Shown: positions 43,558-55,873, counted from the stretch's first letter. The stretch is DNA of 64,000 nucleotides from an uncultured Acidobacteriota bacterium (GCA_963836145.1 CAWIIJ010000012.1:107142-171141); one strand, 5' to 3'. Numbers and translations are program-made. Notes: generated by a model not told the origin, from the letters alone.

Positions 43558-43654
43558 GGGCCTGGGGGCGCGTTGGCTTGACAAAAAGGCGGGCGATTCG
43601 TAGCGTACCAAGGCCTGCGGCATTCATCCGTCATACAGAGGGTCAGCGATTTCT

Positions 43655-45498
<1,844 letters not shown>

Positions 45499-45502
<4 letters not shown>

Positions 45503-46443
45503 AAGCAACGACTTCAAAAGAAAATGCTTCGCTCACGGGAATTTATTCGATGACCGGCTTCGCGCAGGCCCGCGTCGAGCGCGAAGGAACCTCCGTGCGA
45601 ATCAACCTGCGAAGCGTCAACCATCGTTTCCTGGACTTGCATCTTCGGATGCCGGACGGGTTCGAAGTGTTCGAGTCGCGCATCCGGCAAACGATTCGAA
45701 ACCGCCTGCGGCGCGGCCATGTGGACGTAAATATTTACTACGAGGCGGGCGGGATCGGATCGATCGAAATCAATCAGGCGATGGTGGAATCGTACATCAG
45801 GGCCGTTGAAAAATTGCGGCAGGAGTTCGGGGTAAAGGCGGAGCCTGACCTGGTCGCGCTATTCCGGCTTCCGGGAGTCGTGGCGGGGCCCGGAGGCGCG
45901 AGCGACCTGCAAAACGAGGAGAAGCAGGAAAAACTCGGCGAACAGGTCGAAACCTGCCTGGAACAGGCGCTGAACAAGCTGGAGGCGATGCGCCGGTCCG
46001 AAGGGCAATCCCTGACCGTGGAGATGCAGGTAATCCTGGGAAAGATTGCGGTTCGAACCGGGGAAATTGAGACGCTCGCGGAGCGCGTGCGCCCGGCGAT
46101 CGCACGCCGCCTAGCGGAACGCCTCGCTGATTTGTTGAAAGGCGTGCAGCTTGACCCGATACGCCTGGCGCAGGAAGCCGCGCTGCTGGCGGAGCGCAGC
46201 GACGTTAGCGAGGAACTCGCGCGGCTTCGCAGTCACGTGGAACAGTTTGGAAAATTGCTGACCGGGGTGGGCGAGGCCGGAAAGAAACTCGATTTTTTGC
46301 TGCAGGAAATGCAGCGCGAAGCCAACACCTTGCTTTCCAAAACTCCGGGGGTGGAGTCCGAGGGCCTGGCGATCACGGAATTGGCGTTGGAAGTGAAGTC
46401 CGACATCGAAAAGCTGCGGGAACAGGCGCAGAACGTCGAATGA
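45499..46443 (+). CDS. yicC: YicC/YloC family endoribonuclease
   Basis: SMTGFAQA N-terminus and NHRFLD motif. The start is either ATG 45499 (ATGA overlap with msbA) or ATG 45550. Confidence 0.88.
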
Positions 46444-47069
46444 CGCTGGCACAGGCACAGCAGCCACTGGTGTTCATCGTTTCCGGACCCTCGGGGTCGG
46501 GAAAGTCCACGCTGGTTCGGAAAATGCTGGAAGTGCCGGGGACCATGCTTTCCGTTTCCTGCACAACGCGTCCGCCGCGCACTACCGAAAGCGACGGAAA
46601 ATGGTATGATTTTATATCCGAAGAGGAATTCGACCGCAGGGTTCGCGCCGGGGCGTTCCTGGAACACGCCCGCGTATTCGGAAAACACCAGTATGGCACG
46701 CCGCGCCGCTGGCTGGATGATGCCAGGAGCAAGGGTCTGGACCTGGTGCTCGAAATTGACGTGCAGGGCGCGGAACAGGTAAAACAGAGCCTCCCTTTCG
46801 CGGTGGCCATCTTCATTCTTCCGCCCGCGAAGGAAGAGCTGGAGCGAAGGCTGCGCGCGCGCGGGCAAGACTCCGAAGACGCCATCGGGCGCAGGCTGGA
46901 ACGGGCCCGGCAGGAAATTCAGCGATACACGGAATACGATTTTTTGGTAGTGAATGACGAAATGGAGCGCGCGGGACGCGAAATTCAGGCCATTACGGTG
47001 GCCGCGCGCTGCCTTCGCAGTTGCTTGAGCGAGCGAGCGCGAAAAATATTGGAATCTTTTGGAGGATAA
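46440..47069 (+). CDS. gmk: guanylate kinase
   Basis: SGPSGSGKSTLV P-loop. ATGA overlap with yicC. Confidence 0.92.
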   Translation: MTLAQAQQPLVFIVSGPSGSGKSTLVRKMLEVPGTMLSVSCTTRPPRTTESDGKWYDFISEEEFDRRVRAGAFLEHARVFGKHQYGTPRRWLDDARSKGLDLVLEIDVQGAEQVKQSLPFAVAIFILPPAKEELERRLRARGQDSEDAIGRRLERARQEIQRYTEYDFLVVNDEMERAGREIQAITVAARCLRSCLSERARKILESFGG

Positions 47070-47076
47070 CGATCTC

Positions 47077-47304
47077 ATGACGGCTGAGACTCAGGCACCG
47101 GACAGCAAGTTTGCATTCGTAGTGGTGGCGGCGCGGCGGGCGAGGCAGCTGATGCTAGGGGCTTCGCCGCTGGTGGCCAATCCCCGCTCGCACAAGTCCA
47201 CTCGAGTGGCCATCGAGGAACTGGGCGCGGGCGTGCTCGAATATCAGTTGCCTGAAATCCCGGGCGATGCGATCGACAAGGACGGAAAGCGGCGCAAGGA
47301 CTAA
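47077..47304 (+). CDS. rpoZ: DNA-directed RNA polymerase subunit omega
   Basis: FVVVAARRARQL motif. ATG 47077 downstream of GGAGGA. Confidence 0.85.
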   Translation: MTAETQAPDSKFAFVVVAARRARQLMLGASPLVANPRSHKSTRVAIEELGAGVLEYQLPEIPGDAIDKDGKRRKD

Positions 47305-47326
47305 GAACGAAGGTCGCGAAACAATT

Positions 47327-48562
47327 ATGCGCGTGGCACTGGGTGTTTGCGGCGGCGTGGCTGCTTACAAAGCGGCGGAACTGGTGCGCAAGCTCCAGCA
47401 GGAAGACATCGATGTGCAAGTGGTGATGACTCGAAGCGCGCAGGAATTTATTACCCCCCTTACGTTTGCCGCTCTCACCGGACAGAAAGTCATTACCGAA
47501 ATGTTTGGCGCGGAAGAATCCGCGGGCGCGAATGTGGAGAGCGCCATCGAACATATCGCCGTGGCCCAGCGGATCGATCTCCTGGTGGTGGCGCCGGCCA
47601 CTGCGAACACGATCGCCAGCATGGCGCGCGGCCTTGCGGACGATTTCCTCACCACGCTCTATCTGGCGACCACCGCGCCCGTGGTTGTGGCTCCGGCCAT
47701 GAACGTCAACATGTGGGAACACCCGGCGACGCAGGAAAACGTGGAGACGCTGCGCGCCCGCGGCGTTCACGTTGTTGCGCCCGAGGAAGGCTACCTCGCC
47801 TGCGGAATGACCGGCGCGGGTCGGCTTGCCAGCGTCGAGGCCATCGCCAGCGCCGTGCGGGAACGCCTGGGAATTTCACACGACTTGCAGGATGAAACGG
47901 TGATTGTCACAGCCGGCCCCACGTGCGAAGACCTGGACCCGGTGCGCTTCCTGACCAATCGCTCTTCCGGCAAGATGGGTTACGCGCTGGCGCAGGCGGC
48001 GGCCAGGCGCGGCGCGCACGTGATTTTGATCAGTGGTCCGACGCGCCTCGATCCGCCCCAGGGCGTCCAGTTTGTTTCCGTGCGCAATACCGACCAGATG
48101 CGTCACGCGGTGCTTGAACATTTTCCGGGCGCAACCGCGCTGATCATGGCGGCGGCCGTGGCCGATTACCGGCCGGTGGCGCGTGCAACAAAAAAGATGA
48201 AGCGCGTCCAGGGCCGGCTGAATTTGGAGCTTGAGCCCACGGTGGACATTCTGGCCGACATCGCGCGCGGCAAGGGCGATCGCCTGCTGATCGGCTTTGC
48301 CGCGGAGACTGAGAACGTTGCCGTCCATGCGCGGGCCAAACTGGAATCCAAGCAAGCCGATCTGATCGTTGCCAATGACGTGACGGCCGAGGGCGCCGGC
48401 TTCGATCACGACACGAATGTGATCACGCTCTACTTCCGGGGTGGGAGCGAAAAAGCCTTCCCTCGCATGCCCAAGATCGACGCGGCGCACCGGATTCTCG
48501 ATCAATTGCGCGGCTTGCGGCAACCGGCGGGGCATGCGGCCGCCACGCAGCGTTCGCGCTGA
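47327..48562 (+). CDS. coaBC: bifunctional phosphopantothenoylcysteine decarboxylase / phosphopantothenate-cysteine ligase
   Basis: MRVALGVCGGVAAYKAAELVRKL N-terminus and PAMN motif. The ligase half includes SSGKMG. Confidence 0.92.
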   Translation: MRVALGVCGGVAAYKAAELVRKLQQEDIDVQVVMTRSAQEFITPLTFAALTGQKVITEMFGAEESAGANVESAIEHIAVAQRIDLLVVAPATANTIASMARGLADDFLTTLYLATTAPVVVAPAMNVNMWEHPATQENVETLRARGVHVVAPEEGYLACGMTGAGRLASVEAIASAVRERLGISHDLQDETVIVTAGPTCEDLDPVRFLTNRSSGKMGYALAQAAARRGAHVILISGPTRLDPPQGVQFVSVRNTDQMRHAVLEHFPGATALIMAAAVADYRPVARATKKMKRVQGRLNLELEPTVDILADIARGKGDRLLIGFAAETENVAVHARAKLESKQADLIVANDVTAEGAGFDHDTNVITLYFRGGSEKAFPRMPKIDAAHRILDQLRGLRQPAGHAAATQRSR

Positions 48563-48569
48563 ACTGCCG

Positions 48570-49490
48570 ATGGATTCCACCTCCACGCAAACACCACGCG
48601 AAAAACTGGAAGCCTGGCTTCGCTATTACGACGATTTAAATCTCGGTGCGTTTTATACCGACCGGAGAACCATGGGAAAACGCCCGACCAAACGCGTGGC
48701 GGCAAACGCCGCGGCCGCGTTTACGTCTGTACCGGCAGCAGCGGATGTCGCACCACGACTTGCGCCACAACCCTCGCCACAATCCGAGCTAACGGACCGG
48801 CCCCTGCGGTCTGCCAGCCAATCGGCGAAAGCCGTCGAGGCTCCCAAGAGCACGCCGACGCTTCCCGTGCTTCCGATCGTAAACGCGGTGTCGCTGTTCG
48901 ATGCCGCCGAGCGCGTCGAAGGCGACACGCTGGATCGAATCCATGGGGACCTCGGGGAATGCACGCGCTGCAGGCTCCACAAACAGCGCAACAAGATTGT
49001 TTTCGGAGCCGGCAATCCGCGCGCCGAACTTGTTTTTGTGGGCGAAGGTCCCGGGCACGATGAAGACGTGCAAGGATTGCCTTTTGTTGGCCGCGCCGGA
49101 AAACTCCTGACGCAAATGATTGACGCGATGGGCCTCTCGCGCGAACAGGTCTATATCTGCAACGTGGTGAAATGCCGGCCGCCGGAAAACCGCAGGCCCG
49201 AGGACGACGAAGTCGCGACCTGCTCCCCTTATTTGTATCGCCAACTGGATGCCATCGCTCCGAAGGCGATTGTCTGCCTTGGGGCAACCGCCGCGCAGGA
49301 ACTTTTGAAAACCAAGGAATCCATTTCGCGATATCGCGGCACTTGGTTTGACTTTCGGAACACCAAGCTTATGGCGACGTATCATCCTGCCTATCTGCTG
49401 CGCAACCCGAATGCCAAGGGCGAAGTCTGGAAGGATCTGCAAAAGGTGATGGCGCATCTCGGGTTGAAAGCGAAGAAAGCGTCCAAGTAA
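48570..49490 (+). CDS. uracil-DNA glycosylase, family 4, with ~130-aa N-terminal extension
   Basis: GECTRCRLH, GEGPGHDED and CNVVKCRPPENR motifs. Start trimmed to ATG 48570. Confidence 0.88.
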   Translation: MDSTSTQTPREKLEAWLRYYDDLNLGAFYTDRRTMGKRPTKRVAANAAAAFTSVPAAADVAPRLAPQPSPQSELTDRPLRSASQSAKAVEAPKSTPTLPVLPIVNAVSLFDAAERVEGDTLDRIHGDLGECTRCRLHKQRNKIVFGAGNPRAELVFVGEGPGHDEDVQGLPFVGRAGKLLTQMIDAMGLSREQVYICNVVKCRPPENRRPEDDEVATCSPYLYRQLDAIAPKAIVCLGATAAQELLKTKESISRYRGTWFDFRNTKLMATYHPAYLLRNPNAKGEVWKDLQKVMAHLGLKAKKASK

Positions 49491-49562
49491 AGGCTTCAGC
49501 CTGTCTGGTTTATATGTCGGCCGGCGATGAGCTAAAGCTGACAGGCTGAAAGCCTGTCCTAC
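49491..49562. repeat. R1-long element
   Basis: AGGCTTCAGCCTGTCTGGTTTATA...GCTAAAGCTGACAGGCTGAAAGCCTGTCCTAC. Confidence 0.85.
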
Positions 49563-49619
49563 TGTGGCCTGCCACGATTTCCATCTTGCCGGAAGTTCGG
49601 GCTAGACTGTTTCCCGCAC

Positions 49620-52088
49620 ATGCCTCCCACTTATTGCGAAGTCGCGCTGCCGGTTCCGCTGCGCTCGCTGTTCACATATGAGATTCCGGAGCGTCTCGCC
49701 GGATCGGTGAGCGTGGGCAGCCGCGTGCTCGTTCCGTTTCGCAATCGCGCCATGAGCGGTGTAGTTGTGGAGGCGCCGGTCCGGCGGCCCGATCCCCAAC
49801 GCGTAAAGAATGTAAGGGAAATTGTGGAAGCGCTGGATGCAATTTCTGCGCTGCCGCTGAATCTCGTGGAATTGGGCCGCTGGGTTGCCGGTTACTACGT
49901 GGCGCCGGTCGGAGAAGTGTTCCGGGCGATGCTGCCGCCGCAAATCGATCTGCGCCACGAGCGCGAGTTTTTGATGACGGATGCGGGCCGCGCGCGCCGC
50001 GCTGAACTGGATGCAGCGGGAAATCGCAGCGAATCCGAAGTGGCTGAACTGGCTCTGCTTTCACTGATGGAAATCGAAGGCCGGCCGGTGCGCGCGGACC
50101 GTCTGCGCAAGCTGCCCGGCGGCGAAGCAGCCGCGGAGCGGTTGCAGCGGCGCAAGCAGCTCGAAGCGCGCGAAGTCGCCGTGCACCGTCAGGCGCGGGT
50201 GCAGAAAATTGTAGCCTGGAACGCGGCCAATTCGACGGATTCCGCGAACTCAGAAACGGGCGCTTCGCTCTCCGAAAAAGAGGCGCGCGTTTTTCATGTG
50301 CTCGCGGAGGAGCGCGGGCCGCTGCCGCTTCCGCAACTCGCAAAACTTGCCGGGGTGTCGCGCCCACTCATTGAACGAATGATCGGGCAGGAAAAACTGA
50401 AGTGCTGGGAAGAGCCGCTGGCCGTGGAAGAAAATTTGTTCGATGCCGATTTCGCGCCGCCCTCGAACATTCTGAACGAAGATCAAACGCGCGAATTGGG
50501 AGTGATCCGCGGATGGCTCGACGCGGGCGCGTTCACCACCGGGCTTCTCTACGGCGTGACCGGCAGCGGAAAGACGGAAGTCTATCTCGGCGCGGTTGAG
50601 GCGGCGCTGGCGGGAAACAAGAGCGCCCTGGTTTTGGTTCCGGAAATTGCGCTGACACTCTGGTGCGGGAGATTGTTTCGCGCGCGATTCGGCGCGGGCG
50701 TAGCCGTGCTGCACAGCGCGCTGCCGGAAGTGGAGCGCGCGCGGGAATGGTGGCGCGTGCGGCGCGGCGAGGCTCGCGTGGTGGTGGGAACACGTTCGGC
50801 GGTATTCGCGCCGGTCGAAAATCTCGGACTGATCGTAGTCGACGAGGAGCAGGAGGCCAGCTACAAGCAGGAAGAAACGCCGCGCTATCACGGGCGGGAT
50901 GTTGCGGTGGTGCGCGCGAAGCTCGAAGGCGCCGTCGCCCTGCTCGGGTCCGCGACGCCTTCCCTGGAAAGTTTTCAGAACGCGCGGTCGGGTAAATATC
51001 AGCTTCTGCAGCTGGATTCGCGCGTGGAGAACCGGCCGCTCGCGCCGGTGGAAATCGTCGATCTGCGCGAGGATTTCAAGGCCACGCACCATGCCGGGCC
51101 AATCTCCTCGAAACTCAGCGAAGCCGTCGCCGCGCGGCTCGCCGAGGGAACGCAATCGCTCATTCTCATCAATCGCCGCGGTTATTCCTGGTTTGTGATT
51201 TGCCGCTCCTGCGGCGCGGGCGTGCAATGCGAGAACTGCAGCATTTCCTTGACCTATCACAAGCAGCGCAACCGGCTCGAATGCCACTACTGCGGATTCT
51301 CGCGGCGTGTGCCGGAGAGCTGCCCAAAGTGCAATTCGGAGCATATTTATTTTTTTGGTGCGGGAGCGGAACAACTGGAAGAAAAACTGCGCCAGAAATT
51401 TCCAGCCGCGACGGTCGCCCGTTTGGACCGGGATTCCGTGCGAACCAAGCAAGCGTACCAGCAGGTGCTCGGCGATTTCGCGTCGGGCAAAATCGACATC
51501 CTGGTGGGCACGCAAATGGTCGCCAAAGGCCATGATTTTCAGCGGGTCACGCTTGTCGGCGTGATTTCAGCCGATTCGCAGCTGAGCTTGCCCGATTTCC
51601 GCGCCGCCGAGCGCACCTTTCAGTTGCTGACGCAGGTCGCGGGCCGTGCCGGACGCGGCGACTTGCCCGGCGAAGTGCTCGTCGAGACCTACTATCCGGA
51701 ACACTACGCGATTCAATTGGCCGCGCGGCAGGACTACGTGACCTTCTTTGAAAAAGAGTTGCAATTCCGAAGACTGCTGCACTATCCGCCGTTTACGGCG
51801 CTGGCCAGTATTCTGGTGTGCGACACGAAAATCGAGAATGCCATCCGCTGGTCGCGCCAGTTGTCGGCGTTCCTCGCGCCGCAGGAATCGCGCGGCGTGA
51901 AAGTTCTGGGCCCAGCCGCGGCGCCGCTGGCGCGGCTCAAGCGCGAATATCGCTTCCAATTGTTATTGAAGGCTCCCCGGCGGGCGCAGCTTACGCGCGC
52001 GGTTTCGGAATTGCTGGCGTTCAGCGAGGAGAAGGAAATTCCCCAGAAGGCGGTGCTGGTGGATGTGGATCCGCTCAGTCTGTTTTAA
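49620..52088 (+). CDS. priA: primosomal protein N' (replication restart helicase)
   Basis: GVTGSGKTEVY Walker A, DEEQ box, and Cys-rich zinc region CRSCG..CENC..CHYCG..CPKC. Confidence 0.92.
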   Translation: MPPTYCEVALPVPLRSLFTYEIPERLAGSVSVGSRVLVPFRNRAMSGVVVEAPVRRPDPQRVKNVREIVEALDAISALPLNLVELGRWVAGYYVAPVGEVFRAMLPPQIDLRHEREFLMTDAGRARRAELDAAGNRSESEVAELALLSLMEIEGRPVRADRLRKLPGGEAAAERLQRRKQLEAREVAVHRQARVQKIVAWNAANSTDSANSETGASLSEKEARVFHVLAEERGPLPLPQLAKLAGVSRPLIERMIGQEKLKCWEEPLAVEENLFDADFAPPSNILNEDQTRELGVIRGWLDAGAFTTGLLYGVTGSGKTEVYLGAVEAALAGNKSALVLVPEIALTLWCGRLFRARFGAGVAVLHSALPEVERAREWWRVRRGEARVVVGTRSAVFAPVENLGLIVVDEEQEASYKQEETPRYHGRDVAVVRAKLEGAVALLGSATPSLESFQNARSGKYQLLQLDSRVENRPLAPVEIVDLREDFKATHHAGPISSKLSEAVAARLAEGTQSLILINRRGYSWFVICRSCGAGVQCENCSISLTYHKQRNRLECHYCGFSRRVPESCPKCNSEHIYFFGAGAEQLEEKLRQKFPAATVARLDRDSVRTKQAYQQVLGDFASGKIDILVGTQMVAKGHDFQRVTLVGVISADSQLSLPDFRAAERTFQLLTQVAGRAGRGDLPGEVLVETYYPEHYAIQLAARQDYVTFFEKELQFRRLLHYPPFTALASILVCDTKIENAIRWSRQLSAFLAPQESRGVKVLGPAAAPLARLKREYRFQLLLKAPRRAQLTRAVSELLAFSEEKEIPQKAVLVDVDPLSLF

Positions 52089-52094
52089 GTTCTT

Positions 52095-52169
52095 TGTAGC
52101 ACAGACTTCAGTCTGTGGATTTCACGTCGCGTCACCGGGCCGAAAATCCACAGACTGAAGTCTGTGCTA
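52095..52169. repeat. R1-type double palindrome (GTAGCACAGACTTCAGTCTGTGG ... CCACAGACTGAAGTCTGTGCTAC)
   Basis: Two inverted copies separated by ~30 nt, lying between the convergent priA and M50 protease genes. Confidence 0.85.
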
Positions 52170-52176
52170 CCTGATT

Positions 52177-53175
52177 CTACTGAAGGGTCACCGGCATGGG
52201 CATGAAACACAGAATAAACATCAGCACGGCTACAGCGGCCCAGACCAGCCGCTGGCGGTCGAGCTGCTCCCACCGATTCATCAAAGGCGGGTGACGGAAG
52301 CCGATTGCCAGCAGCAGGATCGACCACAGGATCCAACCCCTCCAAAAAACCACGCCGAGAGGAATCAAAAGCAGCGCGACACCCAGCGTGATTCTGCGGT
52401 GATATTTGCTGGCCACGGAATACAGGATGTGCCCGCCATCCAACTGTCCGCCCGGCAGCAGGTTCAACGCCGTCGCGAATAATCCGACCCAGGCCGCGCG
52501 TCCCACGGGATGCAGCAGCAGATCGCCGGGTGGGACGCCGGGACGCAGCAGGGCAACCAGCCAGCGCATCACCACCGGCTGGCCGAAGACAATCGAAGCG
52601 TGCGCGTCGGAAAACGGCACCACTCTCGAATAGAAAATAGCGATCGCCAGGGCCGGAATAGCAAAGAGAAAGCCGACCACGGGCCCGGCGAGGCCCACAT
52701 CAAACAGAGCTTTACGATTGTAGATCGGAGAGCGAATGCGGATGAACGCGCCAAGCGTTCCGATCAGCGTGGGCGCCGGAATGAAATAGGGATAGCTCGC
52801 CGAAATCCCATAATAACGGCAGGCGAAAAAATGCCCCAGTTCGTGCGCCAGCAAAATACCAATCAGCGTGAAAGCGAACGGGACGCCGGCCAGTAAAAGT
52901 TGAGGATGTGCCAGTAGCGTCCCGTACGTGGAAAAGAGTTCGTCAAAATCCGGCGTTTGTCCGGACGCATAGGAGGACGCAAATTGCGCGCCGACGGCGA
53001 GCGTGGAGATCAGCGTCAGCACAAAAAGTAAAACGGCGATGGCAAACGATTTCCGCTGCCGGCGGACATCCTGATTTTCCCAGTAGGGATTGGGAGGCAG
53101 GTCCCAGGCGGTTACTGCCGGGGTCAGTGTTTCCGCGGGAGCGGACTCAAACTCAAATTCGCTGCGATCGCTCAT
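52177..53175 (-). CDS. site-2 protease family (M50) membrane metalloprotease
   Basis: HELGHFFACRYYG (HExxH) within a polytopic membrane protein. The start is ATG 53175 or further upstream. Confidence 0.85.
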   Translation of the reverse strand: MSDRSEFEFESAPAETLTPAVTAWDLPPNPYWENQDVRRQRKSFAIAVLLFVLTLISTLAVGAQFASSYASGQTPDFDELFSTYGTLLAHPQLLLAGVPFAFTLIGILLAHELGHFFACRYYGISASYPYFIPAPTLIGTLGAFIRIRSPIYNRKALFDVGLAGPVVGFLFAIPALAIAIFYSRVVPFSDAHASIVFGQPVVMRWLVALLRPGVPPGDLLLHPVGRAAWVGLFATALNLLPGGQLDGGHILYSVASKYHRRITLGVALLLIPLGVVFWRGWILWSILLLAIGFRHPPLMNRWEQLDRQRLVWAAVAVLMFILCFMPMPVTLQ

Positions 53176-53277
53176 AGGCCATTGGATGCGCATTCGCGCG
53201 CGGAAAAGAACAGAAATCGCCTGCAAGAGACGCCCGTCGGAAATGGCTGAAGATACGGCAGCAATCGGAAATCGAGT

Positions 53278-53544
53278 TCAGAGCGTTTGCAGTTCCTTGC
53301 CGGGCTTGAAGCGCACCGCCTTGCCTGGCGGAATACTGACTTCCTGGCCGGTTCGCGGGTTGCGGCCGATGCCTGTTTTGCGTGGGCGGACGTTGAAGAC
53401 ACCGAAGCGGCGCAACTCGATGCGTTCGCCTTTGCCGAGCGCGGCCTTCATTGCTTCGAAAACGGTTTCGACGGCCTCTTCCGCTTTGGTCCGGCTTACG
53501 CCGGTCTTGGTTACTACCGCGTTCACTATATCCAGCTTGATCAC
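53278..53544 (-). CDS. HU/IHF family DNA-binding protein
   Basis: RRFGVFNVRPRKTGIGRNPRTGQEVSIPPGKAVRFKPGK is the canonical HU/IHF beta-arm. Confidence 0.9.
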   Translation of the reverse strand: MIKLDIVNAVVTKTGVSRTKAEEAVETVFEAMKAALGKGERIELRRFGVFNVRPRKTGIGRNPRTGQEVSIPPGKAVRFKPGKELQTL

Positions 53545-53657
53545 TCCGCCCTCCCGCTGTTCAACGGCAAGCTATGCTAGACACGCAGTTGCAGGTTGTC
53601 AAGGTGAACGCGCTCGGTTAAGATGCGCGTTTTGCAAGTTCACGCGGGAGGCCCTGG

Positions 53658-54212
53658 ATGTCGGTAAAGCCGGATCACTGGATACGCAAGATGGCGCTGC
53701 AGCACAAAATGATCGAGCCGTTTGAGGACCGCCAGGTCCGCGACGGCGTGATCAGCTACGGCGTGTCCAGCTACGGCTACGACATCCGCGTGGCCGACGA
53801 ATTCCGCATTTTTACGAACGTGAACTCCACGATCGTGGATCCGAAGCATTTCGATTCGCGCTCGCTTGTCGAGTTCAAGGGCGCCGAGTGCCTGGTGCCG
53901 CCCAACTCCTTCGCGCTGGGGCGCTCGGTGGAGTACTTCCGCATCCCGCGCAACGTTCTCACCATTTGCCTGGGGAAGTCGACCTACGCGCGCTGCGGAA
54001 TTATCGTGAACGTCACGCCCTTCGAGCCGGAATGGGAGGGATTCGTAACCCTCGAAATCAGCAACACCACACCGCTTCCCGCCAGGATCTACGCCAACGA
54101 GGGTCTGTGCCAGGTTCTATTTTTTGAGTCCGATGAGGAATGCGAAATTTCCTACAAGGATAAGAAGGGGAAGTACCAGGCGCAGCAGGGAATCGTGCTT
54201 CCGCGTTTGTAG
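53658..54212 (+). CDS. dcd: dCTP deaminase
   Basis: N-terminal pattern [14 protein letters not shown]; 184 aa. Confidence 0.9.
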   Translation: MSVKPDHWIRKMALQHKMIEPFEDRQVRDGVISYGVSSYGYDIRVADEFRIFTNVNSTIVDPKHFDSRSLVEFKGAECLVPPNSFALGRSVEYFRIPRNVLTICLGKSTYARCGIIVNVTPFEPEWEGFVTLEISNTTPLPARIYANEGLCQVLFFESDEECEISYKDKKGKYQAQQGIVLPRL

Positions 54213-54268
54213 CTTGAGTGCACGACGCGCGGCTCGCGCAGGACAGGCTTCAGCTCCTACTTGGCTTC

Positions 54269-55237
54269 TTACGCTTTGGCGGGTTGGATATCGCCGGTTT
54301 CGCTTTTGCCTTGGCTCAAGGGGAAGCCTCGGCTGCGCCATCCTTCGTAGCCTCCGGAGAGCGGGCGGATGCGCGTGATGCCCTTGCTGCGCAGCAGAAG
54401 CGCGAGCCGGGCGGCGGTCACTTCGTTAGGGCAGGCGCAAAATAATACAATTTCGCGGTCCCGGGGAATGACGTCGGAGGCTTCTTCAAACTCCGCGGCG
54501 TCCACATGCAGGGCTCCGGGAATTGTTTCGGGGTTCGCGTCGAAATCCAGGGAATGCCGCAGGTCGACCACCAGGATGTCCTCGCCCGCGTCCATTTTTT
54601 CCTTCAGTTCTTCGGGAGTGATTCGGGCGATTTTCAGTTTGCGCAGGAATTTTTGGCGGTTATAGAATTTCCAGAAAATATATCCCGCGAATGCTGCCAG
54701 CAAGAGAAAGAGCAGCGATTCTCCAAGATAAGCGGCCCTGGCGGCGACGCGCTCGATCTCGCCGCTGAACACGTAGCCGGTGACGGCAAAAGCGCTCACC
54801 CAGGCCAGCGCGCCGATGGCATCGAACAATAGAAACTTTCTCCAGCCCATCCGGATGATTCCCGCCAGAGGCGCGGCCATCGCGTTCAAGCCGGGGATAA
54901 ATTTCGCGCCGAGCAGCACGCGCGCGCCGTTGCGCGCAAAACTCACTTGCGTTCTTCGGACGCAGGAGTCGGGTTCGAGCGAAATCCGGCAAAGAAATTG
55001 CAGCACCCGGACGCCTTTCTGGCGGCCGATTACGTACCACATCGAATCGCTGGCCAGCGCGCCGATAACCGCGAACGCGATCGCCACTCCCAAATTCATC
55101 TGGTGCACTCCGGAAAGGGCTCCGACGGCCAGCAGCAGCGGCGCCGAAGGCACGGGAAGCCCACCCTGCTCGACAAACACCCACGCGAACACCAGCAGGT
55201 ACCCGTGCCGGACCACAAACTGGAGTATCTCGGTCAT
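54269..55237 (-). CDS. DedA-family membrane protein fused to a C-terminal rhodanese-like domain
   Basis: DedA N-terminus (YLLVFAWVFVEQGGLPVP). C-terminal VVDLRHS...FCACPNEVTAARLALLLRSKGI..PLSGGYEGW. Confidence 0.8.
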   Translation of the reverse strand: MTEILQFVVRHGYLLVFAWVFVEQGGLPVPSAPLLLAVGALSGVHQMNLGVAIAFAVIGALASDSMWYVIGRQKGVRVLQFLCRISLEPDSCVRRTQVSFARNGARVLLGAKFIPGLNAMAAPLAGIIRMGWRKFLLFDAIGALAWVSAFAVTGYVFSGEIERVAARAAYLGESLLFLLLAAFAGYIFWKFYNRQKFLRKLKIARITPEELKEKMDAGEDILVVDLRHSLDFDANPETIPGALHVDAAEFEEASDVIPRDREIVLFCACPNEVTAARLALLLRSKGITRIRPLSGGYEGWRSRGFPLSQGKSETGDIQPAKA

Positions 55238-55249
55238 TCAGTTTTCAGT

Positions 55250-55873
55250 TCACTTGGCTTCGGAAGAAACAGCGACCGGAGCCGGGTGGCCCCACGAGCC
55301 CGAAAAAACAAATTTCTCCAGCGGCTTACGTTGGCGCTGCGCGGTTTCCCGTTGCCGCAATTTCTCCGACAGCGAGTCCGGACTTCCCGGGTATCCGATC
55401 GCGATAACGCTGACTGGCTCCCATCCCTCGGGCACCGCGAAGCGCTCGCGCGCGGCCTCCACATTAAACCCGGCCATGGAATGCGTCGCCAGGCCCAGAG
55501 CCGTCGCCTGTAAGGACAAGTTCGCGGCCGCCTGGCCCAGATCGTAAAATGCGTACCGGTTGGGTTTTCCGTCCTTTTCGAATCGGATATGCGCCAGAGT
55601 CAGAATCAGGACGGGCGCTTTGTCGGCCCAGGCGCGATTGAAGTCTACCAGCACTCCGGCCAGAGCCTCGAAATTTTTCCGATCCTCTTGGGTGGCCACC
55701 ACAAAAGCCCACGGCTGCTCATTGCTCGCGGAGGCAGCCCAGCGGGCGGCTTCGAAAAGAGCCAGGATTTTAGCGGGTTCAACCGGACGGTCGGAGAAGG
55801 CCCGCGGGCTCCATCGCCGCTGAATCAATTCGTGAATGGGTACTTGTGTCTCGGCCAATTTTTCTACGCTCAT
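55250..55873 (-). CDS. nitroreductase family protein
   Basis: RRWSPRAFSDRPV and ASNEQPW motifs. Start trimmed to ATG 55873. Confidence 0.88.
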   Translation of the reverse strand: MSVEKLAETQVPIHELIQRRWSPRAFSDRPVEPAKILALFEAARWAASASNEQPWAFVVATQEDRKNFEALAGVLVDFNRAWADKAPVLILTLAHIRFEKDGKPNRYAFYDLGQAAANLSLQATALGLATHSMAGFNVEAARERFAVPEGWEPVSVIAIGYPGSPDSLSEKLRQRETAQRQRKPLEKFVFSGSWGHPAPVAVSSEAK

